The notes under the pieces: model-generated
What the model saw: only the letters and a program-made list of their open reading frames with translations
The model's database searches: none
Told to the model about the DNA's origin: nothing
In this document: positions 1 to 10,195 of the stretch, piece after piece
Numbering within the stretch: the first letter of the stretch is position 1
How the letters are laid out: each line of letters opens with the position of its first letter
Position numbers and translations under genes: made by a program
Source: a virus
Lineage: Duplodnaviria; Caudoviricetes
Length of the DNA stretch: 56,844 bases
IMG/VR virus record: IMGVR_UViG_3300002307_001210
Coordinates: 1-56,844 of that record
Reading direction: 5' to 3' (one strand)

Positions 1-346
1 GGTGTGTTCCATCCTTAACTCGTTGGTTGTTGATCCTAGTAGCAAGCTCGGAGGTAGGGCCTCCGCCGCCATTGCCTGCACCGCCACCGGTTTCCGGAAT
101 TCGGTTAGCCCATTCCGGACTTTCAACTACATTCCATAACTCGCTGTAGTATCTTCCCCATTGGGACAGTTCGGCACTGGACCGGCATTCTCTCAATATC
201 TCGGTTGTGACATCATAGCCGTGTTCTTTGACATGAGGCGTCCAATCTTTTCCGGATCCTTGATATTTATAAGGATCTTTAGTAGTTTTTCCGAGATACT
301 GCAATCCGGTTATGTTGTGGGTTTTTTTGTATAGATAAATAATCAT
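1..346 (-). CDS. GIY-YIG-like (Seg-type) homing endonuclease, truncated by window start
   Basis: Not in ORF track. Manual translation from ATG at 346 gives MIIYLYKKTHNITGLQYLGKTTKDPYKYQGSG...WANRIPETGGG, with IYLY/YLG as a GIY-YIG-like motif. AAGGAG RBS upstream. Confidence 0.75.
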   Translation of the reverse strand, partial: MIIYLYKKTHNITGLQYLGKTTKDPYKYQGSGKDWTPHVKEHGYDVTTEILRECRSSAELSQWGRYYSELWNVVESPEWANRIPETGGGAGNGGGGPTSELATRINNQRVKDGTH

Positions 347-347
347 A

Positions 348-415
348 CTGATGCTCCTTCATAGCGTTAGAGTAGTTGGGGAGGTGAGAAACCCGCGAAC
401 TACATCTTTATTTAG
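348..415. ncRNA. Conserved two-hairpin element, copy 1, upstream of nuclease gene
   Basis: CTGATGCT/AGCGTTAG stem, then GTAGTT-G-GGG..CCC-GCG-AACTAC stem, then TATTTA. Homologous to 29262-29327 and 33002-33075. Confidence 0.65.
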
Positions 416-437
416 TCCGAGAAAGATAAATACTTCT

Positions 438-1055
438 ATGAGCAATAAAACGTTACCTGCTGATACGTTCTGGAATAGCGTGGACTTTGTTAGCATAGTA
501 GACACTATTCGCGGTGTCTACATGAGCGACGGGTCTATGTCTACCCTATTGGACTACGAGCGGGTCTTAGACGAAGCAGACTTATACGCATTCAAAAATT
601 GGATTATCGGAGAACTAGTAGACGGTCCGATCATCGGTAGATATTCCTGCAAATGCACTTTTATGTGGCCATATAAGCTAATGCCTGATCCAAGAGGGGC
701 ATTACGATTGCTAAACATCGGATGCAAAGTAAGCATCGGTAAGAGCGAGATTGAAGTTCCTGTGGAAGTCCTAGACTATGAAGATTTTGTTCCAGGCACA
801 CGGTACCCTAAAATGCATCCTAGAAAAGTATGGTTTGTTCAGGTCGAGATTCCACTAGAACTCATGGACGACATCAAAGAAGGATCTATCGATCTTGCTG
901 ATACGACTATTGACTTGTCCGAGATTGAAGACGCATACAACGAGGACCTTGACGATTCAACTGCTAAAGAAGGCACTGGCCCAGAAACTGCTGCTGATCA
1001 GGCGCAACCACAAGCCGCCGAACAACAAGGTGGACAACCGGCAGGTCAACTATGA
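438..1055 (+). CDS. Hypothetical phage protein
   Basis: Long ORF. Start moved to ATG 438, just after late promoter ATAAATA (426-432). Acidic, Q-rich tail. Confidence 0.6.
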   Translation: MSNKTLPADTFWNSVDFVSIVDTIRGVYMSDGSMSTLLDYERVLDEADLYAFKNWIIGELVDGPIIGRYSCKCTFMWPYKLMPDPRGALRLLNIGCKVSIGKSEIEVPVEVLDYEDFVPGTRYPKMHPRKVWFVQVEIPLELMDDIKEGSIDLADTTIDLSEIEDAYNEDLDDSTAKEGTGPETAADQAQPQAAEQQGGQPAGQL

Positions 1056-1594
1056 AAACATTAAACGAAAGCCTAGACTACATGGATATGAAAGGTCAGG
1101 TAGATAAGAAAATGACCGTTGATGAATATGCGGCTAAGATGGGCAAGGATAGTGATATCGTTACTCTGACATTCACCGTGCATTCACATCTTGCTGCAAA
1201 GGACCTATCATCTTGGTTTGAACGTGGATATGACTTCGTACTAGACTCTAGTGTCAGTGACGGAGAATTAGAACCAGGTGAATGGTTAGTATTCCTTGAG
1301 ATGGATCGTCGTATAGCAGTTCCTGATAGAATAATCAGACTGTTGACTGACCTAGAAACCCTTACTGGCAATGATATTGATGACTGGATCGTGGATATTG
1401 CAGGTACAGAAGTAAGTGCTAACGAAGAACTAATCCGAGACGAGATGATCCTAAACCCTAATGAATACAAGATGGAAAAAGAACAAGACGAGAAACTTGA
1501 CGAAGTCCGTCAGCTTGCTGGTCTATCTTTGAATAAAAATTATTATGTTGAAGACGAATATATCAAGAATCTCAAGGCAATTGCAAGAATTTAA
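1052..1594 (+). CDS. Hypothetical phage protein
   Basis: ATGA-coupled ORF, 180 aa, starts MKTLNES. Confidence 0.6.
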   Translation: MKTLNESLDYMDMKGQVDKKMTVDEYAAKMGKDSDIVTLTFTVHSHLAAKDLSSWFERGYDFVLDSSVSDGELEPGEWLVFLEMDRRIAVPDRIIRLLTDLETLTGNDIDDWIVDIAGTEVSANEELIRDEMILNPNEYKMEKEQDEKLDEVRQLAGLSLNKNYYVEDEYIKNLKAIARI

Positions 1595-1631
1595 GCTTGA
1601 CAACTCATATATAGTGTGTTAGTATACTAGA

Positions 1632-2444
1632 ATGGATCATTATAGCACATTGGGCGTTTCTCGCACAGCCTCTCCTGAAGAGATCAAAAAAGCATATCGT
1701 AAATTAGCGATGCAACATCACCCCGATCAGGGTGGAGACATCAACAAGTTTCACGCAATCAATGAAGCGTATGAGACGCTAGGCGATACTAATAAAAAGC
1801 ATCTATACGACAACCATTCCCCGCAGAATCCATTCGGACAAAACGGTGGATTCAGTTATACTTCAAACGGATTTGACTTCAATGACCTCTTCCGTCAAGC
1901 GTTCGGTCAGCGCGGCCCAAACCCCTTTGAAAATAGCCCGTTCAGACAGACCCAACAACTATATCGCACTAGGTTAGAGGTATCGTTGTTGGACTCATAT
2001 CGCGGTGAAGAAAAAGTGTTGCAGGTTGGCACCCCGACCGGCACGAGTGCAATAAAGATCAAAGTTCCGCCGGGAACCAATTCCGGAGATCAAGTCAGAT
2101 ACGACGGTGTGATTGACGGGGCACATCTTGTCATAGAATTTATTGTTTCTCCTGATCTAAAGTTTGATCGCAGGGGCAACGATCTATACTTTAATCTTCC
2201 TATATCTATCCTAGACTTAATTATAGGGACAACAATAGATTTTAGGACTATTAATGGAAATGTGTTGTCAGTAAAAATTCCACCTAGAACACAACCTAGT
2301 ATGCAGATCAAATTAGCAGGAGAAGGCATGCCTATCTCAAATAGCGGGAACTATGGTGACCAAATACTATTGCTTAAGCCTATCTTACCTGATAATATTC
2401 ACATTGATATCATAGACGCTATCATGCGAACTAGAAATAAATAA
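1632..2444 (+). CDS. DnaJ/CbpA-like co-chaperone
   Basis: J-domain with HPD motif (IKKAYRKLAMQHHPD), G/F-rich linker, DnaJ C-terminal domain, no zinc finger. Confidence 0.9.
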   Translation: MDHYSTLGVSRTASPEEIKKAYRKLAMQHHPDQGGDINKFHAINEAYETLGDTNKKHLYDNHSPQNPFGQNGGFSYTSNGFDFNDLFRQAFGQRGPNPFENSPFRQTQQLYRTRLEVSLLDSYRGEEKVLQVGTPTGTSAIKIKVPPGTNSGDQVRYDGVIDGAHLVIEFIVSPDLKFDRRGNDLYFNLPISILDLIIGTTIDFRTINGNVLSVKIPPRTQPSMQIKLAGEGMPISNSGNYGDQILLLKPILPDNIHIDIIDAIMRTRNK

Positions 2445-2466
2445 GTAACAGCAGTTTAAAAGGAAA

Positions 2467-4740
2467 TTGAAATTGAATAGTAGTCCAGAAATTGAGAATA
2501 TTATTGAGCGAGCAATTGACTCGGCTAAACAACGAAACCATCATTATTGCACGGTAGAACATCTACTCTGGGCTCTAGTGACACATCCTCCTTTTAAGAA
2601 GTGCCTCAATAGTTTCAACGTTGACACTGATCTTATGATCGGTGAGATTGAAGCATACTTGAACGCACTACATGCTATTGAGTCTAGTGAACCAAACGGT
2701 CAACCACGCAAGACGAATACTCTTGAGCGGGTCATGAATCGTAGCGTGACGCAGGTTCTATTTACTGGTCGTCAACAGATGATGACGATTGACCTCTATC
2801 TGAGTATCATGAATGAGGGTAGCACTCATGGTCATTATTTCCTGTTAAAGTATGGCGTCGCTAAGAATGAGTTTGTCGCTCACTGGCAGAAGACTTATAA
2901 GGGCGGCGACTTTTCTGGAACTATCACGCCTAATCAGGCTGACGAAATTCTTGAAGAATACACGATCAACCTGACCGCTCTTGCCCGTCAAGAGAAACTT
3001 GAGCCAGTTATCGGTCGCACTAAAGAGATTGATGACATCATCAATGTCCTCGCGAAGCGTTTCAAGTCTAATGTCCTGATGGTGGGGGACCCTGGTGTAG
3101 GCAAGACTGCTATCGCTGAAGGTATCGCCCAAGCAATTGTCAATGATGAAGTGCCTGATTTCCTTGAAGGATATGAATTGTATTCTCTTGAGATCGGTTC
3201 ACTACTCGCTGGTTCGCGTTATCGTGGCGACTTCGAAGAGAAGGTGAAGCAGGTTCTTGATGCACTTAATGTCAAGAAGAAGGCTATTCTCTTCATTGAC
3301 GAAGCACATACCATGCAAGGTGCCGGTAGTGCATCTAACGGATCAGTTGACTTCGCGAATATGATCAAGCCAGCGATAACTAAGGGTAATCTGAAGGTCA
3401 TCGCTTCTACTACTTGGGAAGAGTATTACGAATCCTTTGAAAAAGATCGTGCTTTGATGCGTCGTTTCTATCGTATCTCTATTGATGAACCGTCCGAAGA
3501 ATCTACTATTCGTATTCTCAGTGGTCTTTCAGCCCGTCTCAATGACTTCCACAGCGTGTCTATCTCTGAGGAAGCGATTGTAGCAGCGGTTGAATGTTCT
3601 GGTCGCTACATCCATGATCGTAAGAATCCAGACAAGTCTATTGATCTATTAGATGCTGCATGTGCGAAGCAGCGTGTTCTCATGAACGAAGGTGCGATCA
3701 TCACTAAACAGTTGATCCATGAGCAAGTAGAGAAGTTCACCGGTGTCCCTGCTGACAAACTGTCAGACGATAACCTTGATCGTATCAATATGCTTGAATT
3801 CAACGTCAAGAATAAACTCTATGGTCAGGACGAGACTGTAGATAAGGTTCTTGAGCGGGTTTATGTGTCGTTTGCTGGTATCGGCAACGACAAGAAGCCC
3901 ATCGCAAGTTTCTTGTTTCTTGGCCCGACAGGCACAGGTAAAACAGAGTTGGCTAAACTGCTGTCTAAGAATTTAGATATGCCCCTTCTCAAGTATGACA
4001 TGAGTGAATACGGCGAGAAGCACAGCGTAAGCAGTTTGATCGGTCCTCCCCCTGGATATGTAGGCTTCGGTGATTCACAAGTTCAAGGTGGACGCCTAAT
4101 TTCAGACTTGAGCAAGAATCCTCACTCTATTCTACTGTTTGACGAAGTTGAAAAGGCACACCCTGACATCTTCAATATCTTCCTTCAGATGTTGGATGAA
4201 GGTCGTGTCACCGGTTCAAACGGCAAAGAAGTGTCGATGAAAAACACACTGATCATCCTCACTTCAAATCTAGGATCACAAGACGGAGAGCGTAATAACA
4301 TCGGCTTCGGTGATCAGAATAAGACCGGCGAAGATGATAAGGCTCTCAAGCAGTTCTTTAAGCCCGAGTTCCGTAATCGTCTTGATATGGTCTGCAAGTT
4401 TGATAAGTTGGATATGTTATCCATCAAGAAGATTGTCGTCAAGTTTGTTGAAGAACTAAAGAAGCCTCTGCTCGAAAAGCACAATATCACGCTAAATCTG
4501 AGCGAGCCTGTTGTTGACTATCTCGCAGATAAGGGATATGATAGCAAGATGGGTGCAAGGCCTCTTGGTCGTAAGATTGATGAGATGCTCCGTGTTCCTC
4601 TCTCAAAGAAGATTCTCTTTGAGCGTATCAGCAATGCAAATGTGTTAGTATTATTGGAGAACAATGAGATCATATTTACGGTGACAAACAAGCAAGCAGC
4701 ACATGTTGGGGATGATGGCATCATTGAAATCGGAGGTTAA
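2467..4740 (+). CDS. clpA: ClpA-type AAA+ Clp protease ATPase subunit
   Basis: Clp N-domain, two Walker A motifs (GDPGVGKT, GPTGTGKT), Walker B (FIDEAH, LFDEVEK), IGF loop, GARPL. No long M-domain. Confidence 0.9.
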   Translation: MKLNSSPEIENIIERAIDSAKQRNHHYCTVEHLLWALVTHPPFKKCLNSFNVDTDLMIGEIEAYLNALHAIESSEPNGQPRKTNTLERVMNRSVTQVLFTGRQQMMTIDLYLSIMNEGSTHGHYFLLKYGVAKNEFVAHWQKTYKGGDFSGTITPNQADEILEEYTINLTALARQEKLEPVIGRTKEIDDIINVLAKRFKSNVLMVGDPGVGKTAIAEGIAQAIVNDEVPDFLEGYELYSLEIGSLLAGSRYRGDFEEKVKQVLDALNVKKKAILFIDEAHTMQGAGSASNGSVDFANMIKPAITKGNLKVIASTTWEEYYESFEKDRALMRRFYRISIDEPSEESTIRILSGLSARLNDFHSVSISEEAIVAAVECSGRYIHDRKNPDKSIDLLDAACAKQRVLMNEGAIITKQLIHEQVEKFTGVPADKLSDDNLDRINMLEFNVKNKLYGQDETVDKVLERVYVSFAGIGNDKKPIASFLFLGPTGTGKTELAKLLSKNLDMPLLKYDMSEYGEKHSVSSLIGPPPGYVGFGDSQVQGGRLISDLSKNPHSILLFDEVEKAHPDIFNIFLQMLDEGRVTGSNGKEVSMKNTLIILTSNLGSQDGERNNIGFGDQNKTGEDDKALKQFFKPEFRNRLDMVCKFDKLDMLSIKKIVVKFVEELKKPLLEKHNITLNLSEPVVDYLADKGYDSKMGARPLGRKIDEMLRVPLSKKILFERISNANVLVLLENNEIIFTVTNKQAAHVGDDGIIEIGG

Positions 4741-5380
4741 ACCTAACTTATATTTTAACAAGTATAAGTATAGGGCCACAATTGAAATTGAGAATCTGCG
4801 TTTTGCACACCTTAGTGAAACATTTGATCAGTTTTTGGAGTTTTTTAGAAAGGAATCTAACGTTTCTTCTACTAGATACTGGGCTAGAGCCGTCGTTCCT
4901 AACAGTTCATCTGAACTTGTCAGGTTACGAAGCACCATAGAATACCGCAATAGAGTTCATGATATAGAAGGCGTTGATATCAGAAAGGAATATGACAGTA
5001 TATCTTTCTATAGCAATGACCTTAATCTTCTGAAAGAGGTATGGACATTCAATCCAAAATCATGTATTACCGAAATAAATCTCATGCCCGCTGGTGTAAT
5101 GACATTTGCTAAGGAACCGATATATCAATACAGGACCTATCTAGTCAATAGAAAAATTGAAAATAATTCAAAGGAAGAACTTCTTGACTTCGTGAAAAGA
5201 ACTACAGAAGTAGAACCATCTAACTCACTTGAACGCTGGTTAGTTCATCCACGACGATGGTCACATTCTTATTCTAGCGACAAATATTTTCTATCATATG
5301 ATGATCCTAGAATATTGACTATGTTAGGTCTTATTTGCCCTGAAATTATTGGAAAATCTTATAAATTAGAAAAGCGTTAG
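4703..5380 (+). CDS. Hypothetical protein
   Basis: 225-aa ORF. True start is probably ATG near 4712-4715. Confidence 0.55.
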   Translation: MLGMMASLKSEVKPNLYFNKYKYRATIEIENLRFAHLSETFDQFLEFFRKESNVSSTRYWARAVVPNSSSELVRLRSTIEYRNRVHDIEGVDIRKEYDSISFYSNDLNLLKEVWTFNPKSCITEINLMPAGVMTFAKEPIYQYRTYLVNRKIENNSKEELLDFVKRTTEVEPSNSLERWLVHPRRWSHSYSSDKYFLSYDDPRILTMLGLICPEIIGKSYKLEKR

Positions 5381-5417
5381 TATTGAATAAATACTCTAAT
5401 AAAACGGAGTATTTAAT

Positions 5418-5582
5418 ATGGCAAGAGTCCTTGAAGATGTACTGGTGCTCAAACTAAGTAAATTAGTAAAAGACGATTCAAATGACGAAAGCATTGTCAC
5501 TGAAGAGATACATGCTGCATTAGAACAAGTAGCCACAGAATTAGTTGGCGAAGGCATAATTGTAGAGGTCGTGAGAGCGTAA
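5418..5582 (+). CDS. Small hypothetical protein (54 aa)
   Basis: Below ORF-track cutoff. MARVLEDVLVLKLSKLVKD..., with GGAG RBS and ATAAATA late promoter at 5387. Confidence 0.6.
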   Translation: MARVLEDVLVLKLSKLVKDDSNDESIVTEEIHAALEQVATELVGEGIIVEVVRA

Positions 5583-5935
5583 TGTCTCAGGGCGTAACTC
5601 TACAATTATTGCCACAAACACCTTACCATAATCCAGGTAACGGCGCGCCCTACACTGTTACGGGAAATGCTCAACCTGCAGCTTCCTATTATCTTGGAAA
5701 TCAGAACTTGCAGACGGTAAACATCTCTACAACGATGTGTACAGGAAACATCATCATTGAAGCTACCCTAGTAAGTAGACCACTAGATTCAGATTGGTTT
5801 GAAGTTTACACTCTTCCAACAAGCAACACTAATACTTCAATGTATACCAATATTACCGGTACCTTTGTGTATATGAGGGCCGTAATTCAAGACTTCAGCT
5901 ACGGCGGAGTTAATTACATTCAGCTATCCTATTAA
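5582..5935 (+). CDS. Hypothetical protein, possibly virion-associated beta-rich protein
   Basis: T/N/Y-rich 117-aa ORF, TAATG-coupled in a late operon. Confidence 0.5.
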   Translation: MSQGVTLQLLPQTPYHNPGNGAPYTVTGNAQPAASYYLGNQNLQTVNISTTMCTGNIIIEATLVSRPLDSDWFEVYTLPTSNTNTSMYTNITGTFVYMRAVIQDFSYGGVNYIQLSY

Positions 5936-5948
5936 AGAAAGAGAAAAT

Positions 5949-6134
5949 ATGGAAACCACAATCAATATCAAGGCACAATTTGAAGCATTTGTTGCTGAGA
6001 ATGAGAAGTTTGAGAAGGGTAATGCAGCAGCAGGCACCCGGGCCCGTAAGGCATTAGGTGATCTCGCTAAGTTATGCAAGACCCGTCGCAGTGAAATCAC
6101 TGACACCAAGAACGCACGCAAAGAAGAAAAGTAA
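5949..6134 (+). CDS. Histone H1-like (Hc1-type) small DNA-binding protein
   Basis: EKGNAAAGTRARKAL motif typical of bacterial Hc1-like proteins. Confidence 0.65.
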   Translation: METTINIKAQFEAFVAENEKFEKGNAAAGTRARKALGDLAKLCKTRRSEITDTKNARKEEK

Positions 6135-6865
6135 TGTTTTTAACTGAGGGCGGAAATGTTGTACCAGGAGCGGTCTCTCTTAAGAGAGAAAACTTTGCTA
6201 CGGCTATGAAAAACCTTCAGGATATCTTGCCGCGTGGATTAAATCTATATCCAATCGGTAGTGCAGGGAAGAAAGAGATATCAAGTGATATTGATGCCCT
6301 CGTTGATGCAGAAGAATTAATGAGGGCATTTCCTGCCAAGGATCTAAAGTCTAGTAGAAAAGAACTAGAAGATTTCTTCAAGAGTAAAGGTCTATTCTCA
6401 GCAAGAACCGGGGTTAGTGTTCATGTCGGCGTTCCTACTGGAAACGGCGATGACATCGTTCAAGTAGACCTAATGGCTGTAGAAAATGCAAAAGAAGCAC
6501 AACCATTGCATACACATGACTATTCTGATCCAACTATGAAGGGCGGAACATTACATGCAATGTGGGCTGATCTAGCTAAAATGAGCAAGGTTCCAGGACA
6601 CGATAGTCTTATGATGAGTCCCTATAAAGGGCTAGTAGACAGAGAAACCAGAGAATTGATCACTAATGATAAGGATAAGATCGCAAAGATCATCATAGGA
6701 CCATCTGCTTCGGCAGATGATATGGGTAATCCTACTAAGATGTTGAAGGCATTACAATCATATCCTGAAAAATATAAAGAGATCAAGCAGAAATACTCTA
6801 CGGATGATCCTATTACAGAAGGTAGCAGGGAGTGGTTCCGTAATACATTGGATCGGTTAAGATGA
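6134..6865 (+). CDS. Pol-beta superfamily nucleotidyltransferase-like protein
   Basis: IGSAGKKEISSDID (hGS..DhD) plus a third Asp in VQVDLM. Confidence 0.6.
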   Translation: MFLTEGGNVVPGAVSLKRENFATAMKNLQDILPRGLNLYPIGSAGKKEISSDIDALVDAEELMRAFPAKDLKSSRKELEDFFKSKGLFSARTGVSVHVGVPTGNGDDIVQVDLMAVENAKEAQPLHTHDYSDPTMKGGTLHAMWADLAKMSKVPGHDSLMMSPYKGLVDRETRELITNDKDKIAKIIIGPSASADDMGNPTKMLKALQSYPEKYKEIKQKYSTDDPITEGSREWFRNTLDRLR

Positions 6866-9099
6866 AAATAAAAACTCTCTTGACAGAAGCAGACGCACCT
6901 AAAGTAGGTCGTAAGTATCAACATATTGAAGATTTAGTGTTAAGCCACGGCTCACACGGGGGATTACACGCGATCCAGAGATTGCGTAACATGACTGAGC
7001 AAGGTGGAACTATAGAGCTAAAGTGGGATGGTATGCCGGTAGTATATTGGGGCCGTGATGAAGCAGGTAACTTCAGCATGATTCCTAAAAATGCTTGGGC
7101 ATATCTAAAGAGCGGTAAAACACAAACATCGTCGGGTGCTCCTACAGTTATGAGAAGCCCCAATGATGTGAAAGCATTTGTGTTAGGTACCGGAGGTGGA
7201 GACCCAAAAGCTAGAGAAGCGTTCGCTAAACAGTTTGCTAGTCTATGGCCTTACTTTGAACAGATTAGTCCTAAGCAAGGATACATAGAAGGCGGGTTGT
7301 TATTCTATCCAGGCACTAAACCAGACGGTGTGTCTGCAATGCCTGTATACACTAAAGAGACTAATACTTACGACTTTACTCCTAACATTACAACATTCCA
7401 TGTACCGGCAGCTAGCGAGCTAGGTAAGAAGATTGCTAGAGCAAAAGTAATGGTAGCCGCTACTGGATATTTTTCTACACTAGGATCATCTGATGAACAA
7501 AGATTTCCTAATGCAGAGAGACTAACTACACCTGATGTGATCGTTCAGGGCACGACTTATGTGCAGGATCCAGTAAAGGTAGATCAAAAGGGATTAGATA
7601 GATTAGAAGCATTCATAAAGTCCAACGCAAAAAAGATAGATGGCTATCTTGCTCCTAAGCCAGGTATGAGTAATCCAGGCGGAGAACTATATTCATACCT
7701 AAACAAGCATCTACGTACTGAAGGCTTAGTGAGAGATTTTCCAGATTGGGCTAAGTCAAATCTAAGTGCTAAAAAAGCAGAGACTTTGCTTTCTGACAAA
7801 GAAGGGTTGAAGACGACATTAGGTGCAATAGAAGCACTTGGTATTCACAAGCAACTATTGATTGATGAGTTGAGCCAAGGACTACACGGCGGAATCAAGC
7901 AGACTAAGCCAGAAGGATATGCACAAGCACATCCTGGTTCTAGGTTTGACAACGACATTCCTGGGCAATTCGTAAAGACGATTGATCAGAAGAACTGGTC
8001 TCCAAAAGAATCAGCGATGAATAATGGTACGGCTATAACCGAAGACCAAGCACAAGGTAAATCAGCCGTTCTAGGTTGGGGTCGAGGCATGGGGCACACT
8101 GGACACGATGCACTCGTGATCGCAGTGCTACATCAAGCAGCAGTATCTAATGCTACACCTTTCTTCATCGTATCACGAAGTTTCGGTAAGGACGATCCTA
8201 TTCCACCTGATATGAAGTTGGCGATGTATCAGAAGAAGTTCCCTAAACATGCTGATATGTTTAGTTTACCAACAGCAGACAAACCCTCGCTTAATAATGT
8301 ATTAGCAGACATTGCATCCAAGGGATTTACTGATGTGACACTCGTTGTCGGTGCTGATCAGAAAGAAGCATTTGGATATCTCACTCGCCCTGACAAATCA
8401 GGCGTAGAGCCATACAAGCAGTTCGGATTGAATAGCCTGACTGTCATGAGCAGACAAGATACGAAGGCTCCTGGATCTGACCCAGAAAGTGCTAACTACC
8501 ATGAAGGACCTAGAGCAACACCTATGCGTGAAGTCCTATTGGATCCTAGTAAGTCTGAAGAAGAACAATTTGCTGTGTGGAGACAAGCAATCAGTCCTAA
8601 GCTGAGTGATAAAGAAGTCATGCACATGATGAACACTGCAAAAGAAAACTTAGCTCAGTTTCATACTGCAAAGCCAAAAAGCCGCAAGCTAAAAGAGTTC
8701 ATTCAGCGTATTCGTCCACTCATTGTCTCTGAGTCTACTCCGTATAATGAGAAGATACATCTCATCAGCCTGTTTAACCAAGCATCAAAGCAGCTTAAAG
8801 AAGCAACAAAGCCGGAATTCATGAAGACAGGAAATATGAAACCATTTACTACATCTGGCAAAGAGAAGCCAGGGGCAGTAGAAATGCTAGAACGAGCATT
8901 GCTGAAAGCGAAAGAACGCGGAACCAAACTCAACTATGACAACATTGACAAGATGATGCAACTGGTCAGTAAAAAGCATAATTTGACCGGAGACAAGTTA
9001 CACAAGGACTTCGTAAAGAAGCATCATATGATCCCAGACAATTGGGTAAAGAAACAAGAGATAAATGAGAATATCTCTGATTATCTAGAAGAAAAATAA
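6862..9099 (+). CDS. Fusion of KWDG ligase-like domain and HxGH cytidylyltransferase-like domain
   Basis: N-terminal HIEDL..ELKWDG; C-terminal WGRGMGHTGH and LVVGADQ (Rossmann nucleotidyltransferase). Confidence 0.55.
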   Translation: MKIKTLLTEADAPKVGRKYQHIEDLVLSHGSHGGLHAIQRLRNMTEQGGTIELKWDGMPVVYWGRDEAGNFSMIPKNAWAYLKSGKTQTSSGAPTVMRSPNDVKAFVLGTGGGDPKAREAFAKQFASLWPYFEQISPKQGYIEGGLLFYPGTKPDGVSAMPVYTKETNTYDFTPNITTFHVPAASELGKKIARAKVMVAATGYFSTLGSSDEQRFPNAERLTTPDVIVQGTTYVQDPVKVDQKGLDRLEAFIKSNAKKIDGYLAPKPGMSNPGGELYSYLNKHLRTEGLVRDFPDWAKSNLSAKKAETLLSDKEGLKTTLGAIEALGIHKQLLIDELSQGLHGGIKQTKPEGYAQAHPGSRFDNDIPGQFVKTIDQKNWSPKESAMNNGTAITEDQAQGKSAVLGWGRGMGHTGHDALVIAVLHQAAVSNATPFFIVSRSFGKDDPIPPDMKLAMYQKKFPKHADMFSLPTADKPSLNNVLADIASKGFTDVTLVVGADQKEAFGYLTRPDKSGVEPYKQFGLNSLTVMSRQDTKAPGSDPESANYHEGPRATPMREVLLDPSKSEEEQFAVWRQAISPKLSDKEVMHMMNTAKENLAQFHTAKPKSRKLKEFIQRIRPLIVSESTPYNEKIHLISLFNQASKQLKEATKPEFMKTGNMKPFTTSGKEKPGAVEMLERALLKAKERGTKLNYDNIDKMMQLVSKKHNLTGDKLHKDFVKKHHMIPDNWVKKQEINENISDYLEEK

Positions 9100-9156
9100 T
9101 TTCACCCCTCTTGCACTGTGTAAATATAATTATAGTTTGCAACAGAAGAGGACTAC

Positions 9157-10107
9157 ATGGCAAAGAATACTAAGAAGACACCACTAGCAGCAGAAGAAAA
9201 GACTGTTCCGGTTGAGAAGATTCACGAAATTGCAGAACAGGCCGCAGCCGAGCAACAAGCTCCAGTTGAAGGCCAGATTCAAGTTAACGTAGATTTCCTA
9301 CGCACAACGAAGGTTCACATCGCAATGCCCTGCTACGGTGGCATGTTGACTGAATCAACATTCATGTCATTCATTAAGTGGGCAAATACTGCCCGTCAGC
9401 TTGGTATTGACTGGACTCTAGAGACGATGGTCAACGAATCACTTATCAGTCGCGCCCGTAACACACTGACAGCAAAGTTCTTGGACATGCCTGAAGCAAC
9501 TCACTTGTTCTTCGTTGACGCCGATATCGGTTGGGAACCCTGGCACTTGTTAGTCCTCTTGAACAGGGATGTTGATGTTATCGGTGGTCTATATCCAATG
9601 AAGACCATGCCTATCAAGTGGGTCGTTAACGGATTTGAAGGTGCTGAAGAAGGCCCCGAAGGTCTACAAGAAGTCTCTAAGGCAGGAACTGGCTTCCTTC
9701 TCATGAAGAAGCATGTATTCGGTAAGTTGAACAGTCACCCAGCAGTCAAGCAGTATAAGAATGACATTGGTCTTGATCCCAAGTATGACCAATACCTAAA
9801 GACATACTTTGACACTGCTGTCCGTCAGAATCGTTACTACAGTGAAGACTGGACGTTCTGCGAAAACTGGCGTGATATCGGTGGTAAGATTTGGGTTGAC
9901 AAGCGAGTTCTTCTCCGTCACTCCGGTTCTTATGTGTTCTGCACAGAAAATCAACAACATCTCATGAGCACCATCGGTCCGATGTATGTTCAAGAGCAAC
10001 AGAACATTGCGGTGCAGCAAGCAGCACAGGCTTCAGCAGAACCACTATCTCCTGAAGATGCTGCTGCCGCAGCAGCATTGTCTGCGGGTATTCCCACTGC
10101 TGCTTAA
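9157..10107 (+). CDS. GT-A fold glycosyltransferase-like protein
   Basis: IAMPCY, SLISRARN, FVDADI (DxD), GTGFLL and SEDWTFC motifs. Confidence 0.65.
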   Translation: MAKNTKKTPLAAEEKTVPVEKIHEIAEQAAAEQQAPVEGQIQVNVDFLRTTKVHIAMPCYGGMLTESTFMSFIKWANTARQLGIDWTLETMVNESLISRARNTLTAKFLDMPEATHLFFVDADIGWEPWHLLVLLNRDVDVIGGLYPMKTMPIKWVVNGFEGAEEGPEGLQEVSKAGTGFLLMKKHVFGKLNSHPAVKQYKNDIGLDPKYDQYLKTYFDTAVRQNRYYSEDWTFCENWRDIGGKIWVDKRVLLRHSGSYVFCTENQQHLMSTIGPMYVQEQQNIAVQQAAQASAEPLSPEDAAAAAALSAGIPTAA

Positions 10108-10129
10108 TTGCAGTCACAGGCAAATGATT

Positions 10130-10160
10130 GGGGGTCACAGAAATGTGGCCCCTTTTTTAT
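10130..10160 (+). terminator. Rho-independent terminator
   Basis: GGGGTCACA-GAAA-TGTGGCCCC hairpin followed by a T-run. Confidence 0.8.
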
Positions 10161-10195
10161 TATATAACTAAATAATTCAGCAATAGGATATAAAA

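Noticed and set aside
348-415. Hammerhead ribozyme reading of the conserved element (CTGATG...GAAA)
   Set aside because: The core reads CTGATGC, not CTGATGA, it is base-paired in a stem, and GAAA is absent from the other two copies.
351-437. N-terminal extension of the 351-1055 ORF
   Set aside because: It runs through the non-coding hairpin element. The late promoter at 426 supports ATG 438.
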